A stretch of DNA of 64,000 nt, taken from the NCBI GenBank assembly GCA_045863335.1, contig BTVY01000011.1:32001-96000 (forward strand), in the 5' to 3' direction. Below, one piece after another: positions 48,175 through 57,258 of this stretch. Position numbers and translations under genes: made by a program. The notes under the pieces are model-generated. The model made no database searches. It saw only the letters and a program-made list of their open reading frames with translations, and had not been told where the DNA came from. The DNA is from Candidatus Hydrogenedentota bacterium. GTDB lineage: Bacteria; Hydrogenedentota; Hydrogenedentia; Hydrogenedentales; SLHB01. The first letter of the stretch is position 1; each line of letters opens with the position of its first letter.

Positions 48175-48984
48175 ATGGACATTCGCGACCACAGATGCGA
48201 ACCTACCTTGCGATGCAAACGTGGAACGACCGGCTTCACGCTGATCGAACTCGTTTTCGTCGTCGGGCTTATCATCGTCGTGCTTGCGATTGCCATGCCC
48301 CGATTGTTGCCCGTCTTCGCCTTCAGTCAACTGGAGGGTGCCGCCCGCCATATCGCGAATTACGGACGTTCCACCGTCGCCTATTCCGCCTTCAGCCAGG
48401 AACCCGTCACGTTCCGGTTCGATTTCGAGACTGGCAAGTACGTGGTGCTTCGCTGGGTCGAGAAGGAAGACGAAAGTATCTTTGAAGGCTCCGACCTTGC
48501 CGTCCAGAACACGCAGTTTGAGTTGAACGCGGAGACGGCCCTGCAGTTGGCCAATCAACAGGGGCTTTCGCCGGAAGATCGCGCGCTGCAAATGATCGAG
48601 TTCGAGCGGCAACTCGACCTGGCCTTCCGGAAGTCGCTGGAAGCCCGGGCAAAGAACGTACCCCGCGAAGGCATGCTCTCCGAAATCGATCCCCTCGCCG
48701 AGTTCGACTTCTCGCTGGACGAGGAGGAAGAAGAACTGCGCGAAGAGCTTCATACCTCGACCATCGAACCGACCGTGCTTCCTGAAGGCGTCACCATGCA
48801 GTCGATCCGCGTTGGCGTCGAGGAATTTGTCGCTGGAGCGGTCGATGTCGAGATCACCCCGGTCGGGCTTACGGAGGAGGTTGTCTTCCTCCTGCAAGGG
48901 TCGGACGGCGACACCTATTCCGTTGCCTGGGACCCCATCACTGGCGGCGCGCACCTGTCCCACGGCGAGGTGCTGCCATTATGA
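48175..48984 (+). CDS. gspH: Minor pseudopilin H
   Basis: G|FTLIEL prepilin motif; position after gspG. Confidence 0.75.
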   Translation: MDIRDHRCEPTLRCKRGTTGFTLIELVFVVGLIIVVLAIAMPRLLPVFAFSQLEGAARHIANYGRSTVAYSAFSQEPVTFRFDFETGKYVVLRWVEKEDESIFEGSDLAVQNTQFELNAETALQLANQQGLSPEDRALQMIEFERQLDLAFRKSLEARAKNVPREGMLSEIDPLAEFDFSLDEEEEELREELHTSTIEPTVLPEGVTMQSIRVGVEEFVAGAVDVEITPVGLTEEVVFLLQGSDGDTYSVAWDPITGGAHLSHGEVLPL

Positions 48985-49433
48985 AGCGTCTACGCAAAGG
49001 CGAGTCCGGTTTCACACTCATCGAAGTCATGATCGCCATGGCCGTACTTGGGTCCGCGCTCTTCGTGTTGCTGCAGGCCCACCACGGCGCGCTCAGCGTA
49101 CATAACGAACTGCGCGACGAAGTGCTCATGAGGAACCTGATGGCGCTGGCGGTGGGCATCGCCGAGGTCGAGGTGGCCGGCGGCAATCTCACCGACTCCC
49201 AGGAGTTCGGCGACCGGTATCCGGATTTCGACTACTCCTTTGACGCGCAACCCGTGGGCGAAGGCTATCCTGCGTTGTACGACGTGCTTGTGAAAGTCAC
49301 CGGTCCCAACGTCGAGCGGGAGATTCACACCTTCATGTTCACCCGTGATCCGCAGGCGTTCCTGGCCGCGGGACTGAATCCCGAGGCCATTGCCGCCGCG
49401 CAGCAGGGCGGCGGCGTCGAGGTCGAAGAATGA
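48981..49433 (+). CDS. gspI: Minor pseudopilin I
   Basis: G|FTLIEVMIAMAVL; overlapping start/stop with neighbours; gene order. Confidence 0.8.
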   Translation: MKRLRKGESGFTLIEVMIAMAVLGSALFVLLQAHHGALSVHNELRDEVLMRNLMALAVGIAEVEVAGGNLTDSQEFGDRYPDFDYSFDAQPVGEGYPALYDVLVKVTGPNVEREIHTFMFTRDPQAFLAAGLNPEAIAAAQQGGGVEVEE

Positions 49434-50404
49434 AGCGCGCAGGGTTCACCTTGATCGAAGTGCTTATCGCGATCTCCATTCTGTCGGTGATCGTGCTGGT
49501 CCTTTACGCAAGCTTCAGCAGCGTCACCAACACCATGGAAGCCGCGCGCGTCAGTTCCGAAGAATTGCGCCTGCGCATGTTCCTGCAACGCAGCTTTCGC
49601 TCGAATCTCATGTCCATCTATACCGACCGCACGATGGAGAACGAAGTCTTCCGGTTCGTGGGCGTCGATGATGAAACGCGGGATGGTCCCAACGACAATC
49701 TTCGTTTTGTGTCCGTGAATACGCTCATGGGCGGCAAGGCCCTGCCAGGCGACCTCAAGGAGGTGCGGTACGGGACCATCGGCGGCGAGGAATCCGAGTT
49801 CAACCCCATCGACTTCAATGAGGATTCCGACTCGCCACTTGACGATCAGCTCAAGCTGCAAGCCTTGGAGACGCCCATTTTCGGGTCGAATGCCCAGGAA
49901 CTCGATGAGGAAACCGGATTCCTCAAGCCGTCCGAAGAGAGCGAATCCAGCATGGGCATCGGGGAGACTCCGACCTATGAGGCCCCCTCGTGGTCGGTGC
50001 CGATTCGAACGGTAGATTTCTCCTACTTCGACGGGCTCGAATGGGTAGACGAGTGGGATTCGCAACTCGTGGGACGGATCCCGTGGTGCGTTCGCGTGCG
50101 CATCAACTTCGCCCGCACCGAAGAGCAACTCGAAGAAGAAAAGCGCGAACGACTCGACATCCTGGAGTACCCGGACTTCGACATGGTCGTTCCGCTTCCG
50201 CCAGGGTTGGGCACGACACAGGACGCACGATCCTTACAAGAACTCTCCGAGCTTTCCGACGAAGAGATTGGCGACATCAGAAACCCGGCCGAAGAGGAAG
50301 CGCAAAAACCCGATCAGGTAATTGGATCCCCAGGTGGCGGGGCCGATTCCCAGCGCGGAGGCAGACGCGGGGGACGGAGTCTTGGTGGAGGCATCTCGCA
50401 ATGA
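49430..50404 (+). CDS. gspJ: Minor pseudopilin J
   Basis: G|FTLIEVLIAISIL, FSYFDGLEWVDEWDS, IPWCVRVRI. Confidence 0.8.
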   Translation: MKRAGFTLIEVLIAISILSVIVLVLYASFSSVTNTMEAARVSSEELRLRMFLQRSFRSNLMSIYTDRTMENEVFRFVGVDDETRDGPNDNLRFVSVNTLMGGKALPGDLKEVRYGTIGGEESEFNPIDFNEDSDSPLDDQLKLQALETPIFGSNAQELDEETGFLKPSEESESSMGIGETPTYEAPSWSVPIRTVDFSYFDGLEWVDEWDSQLVGRIPWCVRVRINFARTEEQLEEEKRERLDILEYPDFDMVVPLPPGLGTTQDARSLQELSELSDEEIGDIRNPAEEEAQKPDQVIGSPGGGADSQRGGRRGGRSLGGGISQ

Positions 50405-51489
50405 GAAATCGCGGGCCGCACCACAATCGAAAGCGTGATGAAGGCGTCGCTCTGCTGTTGACCTTGCTCTTCGTCGTCTTGTTGACCGCCCTCGTCGTCG
50501 AGTACGTGTACGAAACCCAAGTGGAGACTGCGGTTGTAGACGCCCATCTCCGCGATTTTGAAGCCATGACCGCCGCCAAATCCGGTGTCATGGCAGGACT
50601 TTCGCTGGTGGTCGCGGATACCTTTGCGCTTCCCGGGCAAACTGTGGCCGACGGCGGCGCAGCATCCTTGTCCGGCGCTACGGGAGAGTCCATTTCCGGC
50701 GGCATCGCCTACGACAGTCTCGACGAGCCCTGGGCTTACGGGGTGCCTTTTCAGGCCTTCAACGATGCGGTCATGGAATGTTCCATATCCGACGAGTACG
50801 GCAAGCTGAACTTGAACGCGCTCTTCAACACACGATCCGAAACCGGCGACGCGGACCTGGCCCTAGAGCAGACCTTGCGGTACTTGTTTACCGAACGCGG
50901 CGCTGAAGAGGATGTCACCGACGCGATACTCGACTGGCTGGATCCGGATGACGATCCAAGGCCGCTGGGTGCGGAGTACGATTACTACCAGTCCCTCGAG
51001 ACGCCATATACTTGCAAGAACGGACCCATGACATCCGTCGAGGAACTGTTGCTGGTTCGGGGCATGACACCGGAACTGTATTTTGGCGATCCGGCGCTGG
51101 AACAGCTTCCGCTTCCCGAGCTGTTGACCACCAACGGTCATACCTCCGGCCGGATCAACTTGAACACGGCGCAGTACGAATTGCTACTGGCCCTCGGCGA
51201 GGCCATCGGCATGCCGGGGCTCGCTGATATCGCCATTCAGGAGCGGGAATTGAGCCCCTTCGTTAGCATCGAAGATATCGAAAGCCGGGGCGTAGTGCCG
51301 ACAGAGGCCGAAAACGAGGAAGGTGAAACGGAACAGGTGCGCCCCTTCGTCGTGAACAGCAACGTCTTCCGCATTCGGGGCAACGGGCTCTCGGGCGATG
51401 GACGCGTGCGGATTGAAGTCCTGCTATGGCGGGATGCACAGTTGGGTCCGGAAGGCTTCCGGATTCTTCAGTGGAGAGAGCTGCGATGA
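50401..51489 (+). CDS. gspK: Minor pseudopilin K
   Basis: G|VALLLTL, ISDEYGKLNLN, AILDWLDPDD..GAEYDYY, KNGPM..EELLLVRGM, RINLNTA; ATG 50401 overlaps the gspJ stop. Confidence 0.9.
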   Translation: MRNRGPHHNRKRDEGVALLLTLLFVVLLTALVVEYVYETQVETAVVDAHLRDFEAMTAAKSGVMAGLSLVVADTFALPGQTVADGGAASLSGATGESISGGIAYDSLDEPWAYGVPFQAFNDAVMECSISDEYGKLNLNALFNTRSETGDADLALEQTLRYLFTERGAEEDVTDAILDWLDPDDDPRPLGAEYDYYQSLETPYTCKNGPMTSVEELLLVRGMTPELYFGDPALEQLPLPELLTTNGHTSGRINLNTAQYELLLALGEAIGMPGLADIAIQERELSPFVSIEDIESRGVVPTEAENEEGETEQVRPFVVNSNVFRIRGNGLSGDGRVRIEVLLWRDAQLGPEGFRILQWRELR

Positions 51490-53048
51490 AACTATCGGCA
51501 AAGATTGCCGCGATTGAATTGGATGGCGACGAGGTCCGGGTCGCGGTCGTGAAGACCGGCGGTCGGCACCCCGTGGTTTTGGAAGCGCAGGTCGCGCGGG
51601 TTCGTGACACCACGCCGGAGGTACGGCGCAACTCCTTCGTGCAAGCGATCGGCGAGGCGGTCGGACGCCTCAAGACGAAGCCTGCGTTGTATGTACTGTG
51701 CGTCGGCTGTCACCAAAGCATCGTTCGCGCGTTGACGATCCCCTTCAAGGGGAGCCGAAAAGTCGCGGCGGCGGTAGCCTTCGAGCTGGAACCCTTTCTG
51801 GCCGTTCCCATTGAGGACCTCGTCGTCGATCATTGCACCATTCGCGAAGTCGAAGGCGAAACAGAAGTCCTCGCCGTGGGCGTTCGGACGAGTTTGTTGG
51901 CGGAGCAGATTGACCTGCTCCAAGAGGCCGGCATCAACGTCGAGGGAATTACCCTGGATGTGGCGGGCCTGACCAGCCTCTGGATGGGGCGGCGTAAAAG
52001 TGTCGCCGGACTTCACGCGATCCTGCACGTGCGCGCGAATACCGCGATTCTGACCATTACCTTCAATCGGTCGATCGCCTTCTTCCGCCCCTTGGCGATT
52101 CCCGTGTCCCGTATACGGGAAGAGCCTCAGGCGGTGGCTCGCGAGGTCCGGAACTCGCTTCGGGCGTTCTCCGCCAACTGGCGGGGCGACGAGACCATCT
52201 CCGAACTCACCGTAACGGGTATCGACCTCGCGCCGGCCGAACGGGATGAATTTGAAGGCAGTCTTCAATGTGCCGTTCACTATGAGAGTCTTATTGACGA
52301 TCTCAAGGGCACAGCCGCACTCACGGCTGTTCCCGTGGATACCGTTGTGCCGGAGGAAGGCGAACCCGGGCAAGTCTATCCGGAATCCCCGGCCGTCGCA
52401 CCTGACGAGTGGGCGGCGGTCCTGGGCACCGCCTTCTCTTCCGGCGGCGGCGGGGTCAGTTTTGAATTGCGCAAGGGCATCCTGGCGCCACCGAACGCCA
52501 TGAAGAACATGGTGTTGCACGGGGCCTTCTCCGCAGCGCTGCTGGGCCTCGCCGCGGTCGGATTCGCGACCTACTGCGTCCTCGATTACCGGAGCAATCA
52601 GGCCGAAATTGAACGTGCCGGCACGGAGATATGGCGCATTTACTCCGAGACGTTTCCGAACTCCGAGATCGTTCAGAGCGGACGGCTGCCCACCGACATC
52701 GGCGGGATTCAGAGCATTCAGGCTATGCAGGATGCCTACGAAAAGGAGATGGCCACAGGCACGCGATTGCCTGTGGACCTGCTCACCCGTCCGAACTTTC
52801 TCGAGATTCTCAAGGAGGTCAGCACGACCCTGCCCGGCGACACCGTCAAGGTAACCGACATTACGATCCGCGACAACCGGGGGCAAAGTCAGACGCTCAC
52901 GATTGAGGGTGAAGTAGACGAAGTCGCCGCGCTGAACCAAGCCTTCGACGAATTGAAGCAATCGACTTTGATGCAGGTGAGTGAAGAGCCGATCCGACAG
53001 ACCATTCCCGGCGGCAAGACTGCCTTTACGATTACTGCGACCATATAG
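51486..53048 (+). CDS. gspL: GspL/PilM-like assembly protein (actin-like domain + TM + periplasmic domain)
   Basis: IAAIELDGDEVRV, RALTIPF, FELEPFL, a TM near residue 350 and a ferredoxin-like C-terminus; order K-L-M. Confidence 0.78.
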   Translation: MKLSAKIAAIELDGDEVRVAVVKTGGRHPVVLEAQVARVRDTTPEVRRNSFVQAIGEAVGRLKTKPALYVLCVGCHQSIVRALTIPFKGSRKVAAAVAFELEPFLAVPIEDLVVDHCTIREVEGETEVLAVGVRTSLLAEQIDLLQEAGINVEGITLDVAGLTSLWMGRRKSVAGLHAILHVRANTAILTITFNRSIAFFRPLAIPVSRIREEPQAVAREVRNSLRAFSANWRGDETISELTVTGIDLAPAERDEFEGSLQCAVHYESLIDDLKGTAALTAVPVDTVVPEEGEPGQVYPESPAVAPDEWAAVLGTAFSSGGGGVSFELRKGILAPPNAMKNMVLHGAFSAALLGLAAVGFATYCVLDYRSNQAEIERAGTEIWRIYSETFPNSEIVQSGRLPTDIGGIQSIQAMQDAYEKEMATGTRLPVDLLTRPNFLEILKEVSTTLPGDTVKVTDITIRDNRGQSQTLTIEGEVDEVAALNQAFDELKQSTLMQVSEEPIRQTIPGGKTAFTITATI

Positions 53049-53080
53049 CGGCCCACTCGGCTTTTGGGAGGATAGAACTT

Positions 53081-53602
53081 GTGCCGAAATTGAACCTGCA
53101 ACCCCGCGAACGCGCCGTCGTCATCCTTGGCGCAGTCGCGCTAGTGGCCATCGTTTTGTACTGGGGATTCCAAGGGCCCTATGACGCGTACAAGAACTCC
53201 GCCGCCCAAGTCAGTGCGGCGCGCACCCGTCTACAGCAGGCTCAACTCTGGCAGGCGGAGATCGAAACCGCGCGTGCGCGGGAGAGCGAGATCCTGGGCC
53301 TGATGAATCGGCACGCTCAGGGATTCGACCTTTGGGCCCACATCGATCGTGCGGTGAAGGATACCGAACTAACCGGTCGCGCCGAAGTGCTCAGTAGCCG
53401 TACCGGTGCCGCCCCCGGTAGCAACCTGTCCGCCGTGGACCTCACGCTCAATGGCGTTTCCACGGGCGAACTGGTTTCCTTGCTCCATCGAATCTACGGT
53501 GGCGGCGCATTCGTGTCCATGGAACGCCTCGACGAACTCAAACCCGCAACCAGCGGACAAGGTCTCGACGCCCGAATGCGGCTGATTGCCCCCAAACTTT
53601 AG
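53081..53602 (+). CDS. gspM: Type II secretion protein M
   Basis: LQPRERAVVILG + TM; VDLTLNGVS..ELVSLLHRI. Confidence 0.78.
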   Translation: MPKLNLQPRERAVVILGAVALVAIVLYWGFQGPYDAYKNSAAQVSAARTRLQQAQLWQAEIETARARESEILGLMNRHAQGFDLWAHIDRAVKDTELTGRAEVLSSRTGAAPGSNLSAVDLTLNGVSTGELVSLLHRIYGGGAFVSMERLDELKPATSGQGLDARMRLIAPKL

Positions 53603-54122
53603 TGCGGTATTCTCACACGCGCTTGCGAACGGCAAGGGTACCCGGTCCACAGCGTCGCCCAAGACTTCGTCTGTGCGATGTAAGTCGTTTATCTGAAGCG
53701 TCTTACGCGTAGATTCCTCTTCGGGCGCTGCCTTGAATTCTGCTCTTCATAGGCCTGAACGCATGGTGCCAAGCCCAGGTTTAAACTTGACTTTCTGGCC
53801 CATGTACGGGACAATGCATAAGCATGTGGCAACCGGATATCGGGGTGCATCTCCGGCGAAGTCGCGTGCGCTCTTGTGTGGGTGAGGATCGAGACCTGTC
53901 TCTGCCTTCGTGGCGTGACGATTGGGGAAACCATCGTTGCTTTGCAGAACTGCTGGCTGCACAGTTCATCACGACGTGAATGCACCCCCAACTTTGTCTT
54001 TTCGCCCTCCCATGCGTGCGCTGTGCACAGCCGGTCAAACCGAACAGAATTCTCAAAAGGTAATTTATTGACAGTATCGAATCTAAGTGCAGCAAAATCA
54101 ACATTATGTAGCACTATTTCCA

Positions 54123-54152
54123 TTGACTTTTTCGAGGTTTCTCTGGTACATT
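54123..54152 (+). promoter_or_regulatory. Sigma70-type promoter of the pil cluster
   Basis: TTGACT (54123-54128), 18 bp, TACATT (54147-54152) with extended TG; AT-rich context. Confidence 0.55.
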
Positions 54153-54181
54153 GTAGGTGCTGAAGACAAGGGTGAAGGACC

Positions 54182-56074
54182 GTGGCACAACTAACTACAA
54201 ATATGGGTGGAAAGCCGGCGAACGCTGGCGGGTATAGCTTGTTCGGCCAGACTCTGGTGGAACGAGGCATCATTACCCAGAAACAGCTTGACGAGGCCAT
54301 CCACAAACAGCAAACCTCATTGGGGAATCGGCGTCTGGGCGAAATCCTCGTCCGGATGGGGTACATCAGCAAGAGCCACATCTCCGAAGGCCTCGCCGAT
54401 CAGCTGGGCATCCCGATCATTCGCTTATCCGATCGCGAGGTGCCGGAACGCATTCGCAACATGATCGAACCGTCGGTGGCGACCCTCTACAAGGTCGTGC
54501 CCATCGGTGAAGAAGGCCCCACCCTTCTCGTCGCAACGGCCGACCCAACCAACGTTACCCATCTCGACAACCTCGAACGCCTGCTGGATCGCCCCATCAT
54601 TCCTCAATTGACCACGCCGGAAGAAATCCGCGAGGCACTCGCGAAATATTACGGTATGACCGAAAAGACCGTCGAAAGCATGCTCTCGACGGTGAGCAGC
54701 GCAAGCACCATGAGCACGCTCAGCACCATGTCCAACGTCAGCTCCATGGCGTCCTCCATGAGCAGCCTTGGCAGCAGCATGTCCGCGAGCGACATCAGTT
54801 TGAGCAGCATCAGCGTCGACAGCGTGGACATGGATTCGGATATCGGCGGCGGGTTGGGAGACGACGATGACGACGCGGACAGCCCGGTTGTCCGTTATAT
54901 CAATCACTTGATTCTGGAAGCATTTCGACTGCGGGCCAGCGATATTCATGTGGAACCCGGCAAACGGGATGTGAAGGTGCGGTACCGCATTGACGGTATC
55001 CTCCATCTCATGCCGCCGCCGCCCAAGCGTGCGCAACCCTCCATCATTTCGCGCTTGAAGATCATGTCGGGGATGGACATCTCCGAACGCCGAATTCCGC
55101 AGGACGGCCGTATCAAGATCCAGCTTGCCGGTAAGATGGTCGACTTGCGCGTCAGCGCCTTACCGGCCACCCACGGCGAAAGCGTGGTCATGCGTATCTT
55201 GGACAAGAGCGGCTTGCTGCTCGGTCTGGGACAGTTGGGCTTCGCCGCGGAAGACCAGCGTCGTTGGGAAGAGCTGCTCGGCCAGGCGACGGGCGTCGTG
55301 TTGGTTACCGGACCTACCGGTTCCGGCAAGACGACGACGTTGTACGCGTCGTTGCACCAGTTGAACCAGCCGGACACCAAGCTGATTACCGTGGAAGACC
55401 CCGTTGAATACCAGTTGAACGGCATCAACCAGGTACAAATTCAGCATGATATCGGTTGGAACTTCTCTCGCGCCCTTCGCGCCATATTCCGTCAGGACCC
55501 GGACATCGTGATGGTCGGTGAGATTCGTGACGAGGAGACTGCGGAGATCGCCATCAAGGCGGCTCTGACCGGTCATCTTGTGTTCTCCACGCTCCACACC
55601 AACGACGCGCCCAGCGCGTTCATCCGGCTGATTGATATTGGAATTCGCCCATTTCTAGTGGCATCCGGCGTGCGCGCCATTTTGGCCCAGCGCTTGGTGC
55701 GCACCATTTGCTCGACGTGCAAGGAGATCTATCAACCGTCCGACCTCGAGAAAGAACGGTTGGGATTGAAAGTGGACTGGAGCAAGGTCGAGGTCTTCCA
55801 CGGCGCCGGTTGCGACAACTGCAACCACACCGGCTATTCCGGGCGGTTGGGCGTCTACGAATTGATGATGACCACCGATGAGATCCGCAACGCCATCATG
55901 GAGAACACTTCCTCCGGTTCCCTGCGGCGCCTGGCCCGGATTGGGGGCATGACCACCATGCGCGAGGATGGTTGGAGAAAGGTCCTTAATGGTGTCACAT
56001 CGGTGGAAGAGGTGATTCGCGTTACGCAAGCCGACGAGCCCCTCAGGAACGCCAAACAACCGGCAAGCGTATAA
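54182..56074 (+). CDS. pilB: PilB/GspE-family assembly ATPase, copy 1 (MshEN; Ser-rich insert)
   Basis: RRLGEILVRMGYI, RASDIHVEP, GPTGSGKTTT, RQDPDIVMVGEIRD, CSTC...CDNC. Confidence 0.88.
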   Translation: MAQLTTNMGGKPANAGGYSLFGQTLVERGIITQKQLDEAIHKQQTSLGNRRLGEILVRMGYISKSHISEGLADQLGIPIIRLSDREVPERIRNMIEPSVATLYKVVPIGEEGPTLLVATADPTNVTHLDNLERLLDRPIIPQLTTPEEIREALAKYYGMTEKTVESMLSTVSSASTMSTLSTMSNVSSMASSMSSLGSSMSASDISLSSISVDSVDMDSDIGGGLGDDDDDADSPVVRYINHLILEAFRLRASDIHVEPGKRDVKVRYRIDGILHLMPPPPKRAQPSIISRLKIMSGMDISERRIPQDGRIKIQLAGKMVDLRVSALPATHGESVVMRILDKSGLLLGLGQLGFAAEDQRRWEELLGQATGVVLVTGPTGSGKTTTLYASLHQLNQPDTKLITVEDPVEYQLNGINQVQIQHDIGWNFSRALRAIFRQDPDIVMVGEIRDEETAEIAIKAALTGHLVFSTLHTNDAPSAFIRLIDIGIRPFLVASGVRAILAQRLVRTICSTCKEIYQPSDLEKERLGLKVDWSKVEVFHGAGCDNCNHTGYSGRLGVYELMMTTDEIRNAIMENTSSGSLRRLARIGGMTTMREDGWRKVLNGVTSVEEVIRVTQADEPLRNAKQPASV

Positions 56075-56116
56075 GGAGTTTCGGTTCGGGCCGGACAACC
56101 CAAGGAGAGAAGTTCG

Positions 56117-57241
56117 ATGGCGTATGAAATGGTCAGCTTGCTGCGGATGCTGATTGACCGGGATGGATCCGACTTGCATCTCGCTGTAGACAATCCACCG
56201 GTCGGCCGCGTGCATGGCCATTTGCAGTATTTTGGCGAGAACCCGCTGACCGCGGATGATACCGAGCGGCTGATGAAGAGCATCGCGTCGGTGGACAACC
56301 AGCAGGAGTTGCAGGAAGTCGGCGGTTCGGACTTCGGATTCGCCTTCGAGGACATCGCTCGTTTCCGTGTGTCCATCTTTAAGCAGAAAGGCTACGTGGG
56401 GCTCGTGCTGCGATTGATCCCGCGCAAGATCATGACCTTCGAGGAAATCGGGTTGCCCCAGAGCTTGAAGACCGTGATCAACCAGCCTCGCGGATTGATC
56501 CTGGTGACCGGCCCAACAGGTTCCGGAAAGAGCACCAGCCTCGCAACGATGATCGACTGGCTCAACACCGAGTACGACCACCATTTCATCACCATTGAAG
56601 ACCCCATCGAGTATTACCACACCCATAAGCGCGGTGTCGTTACCCAGCGTGAAGTGGGGGTGGACGTGCCCACGTTCTCCGAGGCCCTGCGCCGCGCGTT
56701 GCGTCAGGACCCGGACGTGATTTTGGTCGGGGAAATGCGCGACCTTGACACCATCGGTGCGGCCGTGACCGCAGCCGAAACGGGGCACTTGGTGTTCGGC
56801 ACCCTGCACACGACCGGCGCTGTGCGTACGATCGACCGTCTTGTCGACGCGTTCCCGACAAATCAACAGGAACAGATTCGGACCCAGCTTGCGGGTAACC
56901 TCAAAGCCATCATTTCCCAGTCACTTGTCCCGCGCAAGAGCGGTTTTGGGCGCGTCGCCGCATTTGAAGTGATGATTACGACGCCGGCCATCCAGAACCT
57001 CATTCGTGAGAACAAGTCTTTCCGTATCACGTCCGCCATCCAGACCGGACACAAGTACGGCATGAACTTGCTGGACGAACATCTCCTCGCGCTCTTTCGG
57101 AAGGGTATCATCAAGTACGAAGACGCGCTCGGCCGGGCACAGCAGCCCGAAGAATTTGAAGCGAACGCCCGGGCCATGGCGCCGGAAGGCGAAATCCCCG
57201 CGGCGAAACCCCAGCAACGCAAACAAGGCATTCAGGTATAG
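56117..57241 (+). CDS. pilT: Type IV pilus retraction ATPase
   Basis: GSDLHL, RFRVSIF, GPTGSGKSTSLA, TIEDPIEY, QREVG, ALRQDPD, AAETGHLVFGTLHT, AIQNLIRE (AIRNLIRE variant). Confidence 0.93.
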   Translation: MAYEMVSLLRMLIDRDGSDLHLAVDNPPVGRVHGHLQYFGENPLTADDTERLMKSIASVDNQQELQEVGGSDFGFAFEDIARFRVSIFKQKGYVGLVLRLIPRKIMTFEEIGLPQSLKTVINQPRGLILVTGPTGSGKSTSLATMIDWLNTEYDHHFITIEDPIEYYHTHKRGVVTQREVGVDVPTFSEALRRALRQDPDVILVGEMRDLDTIGAAVTAAETGHLVFGTLHTTGAVRTIDRLVDAFPTNQQEQIRTQLAGNLKAIISQSLVPRKSGFGRVAAFEVMITTPAIQNLIRENKSFRITSAIQTGHKYGMNLLDEHLLALFRKGIIKYEDALGRAQQPEEFEANARAMAPEGEIPAAKPQQRKQGIQV

Positions 57242-57258
57242 CATAAGGTGCAAGGACC

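Noticed and set aside
54020-54070. c-di-GMP (GEMM) riboswitch upstream of pilB
   Set aside because: Only a GGTCAAACC fragment; no GNRA stem or second stem could be found.
53689-54381. 230-aa minus-strand ORF between gspM and pilB (possible gspN/gspO)
   Set aside because: Wrong strand, overlaps pilB and its promoter, no motifs. gspN and a prepilin peptidase are not seen in this window.
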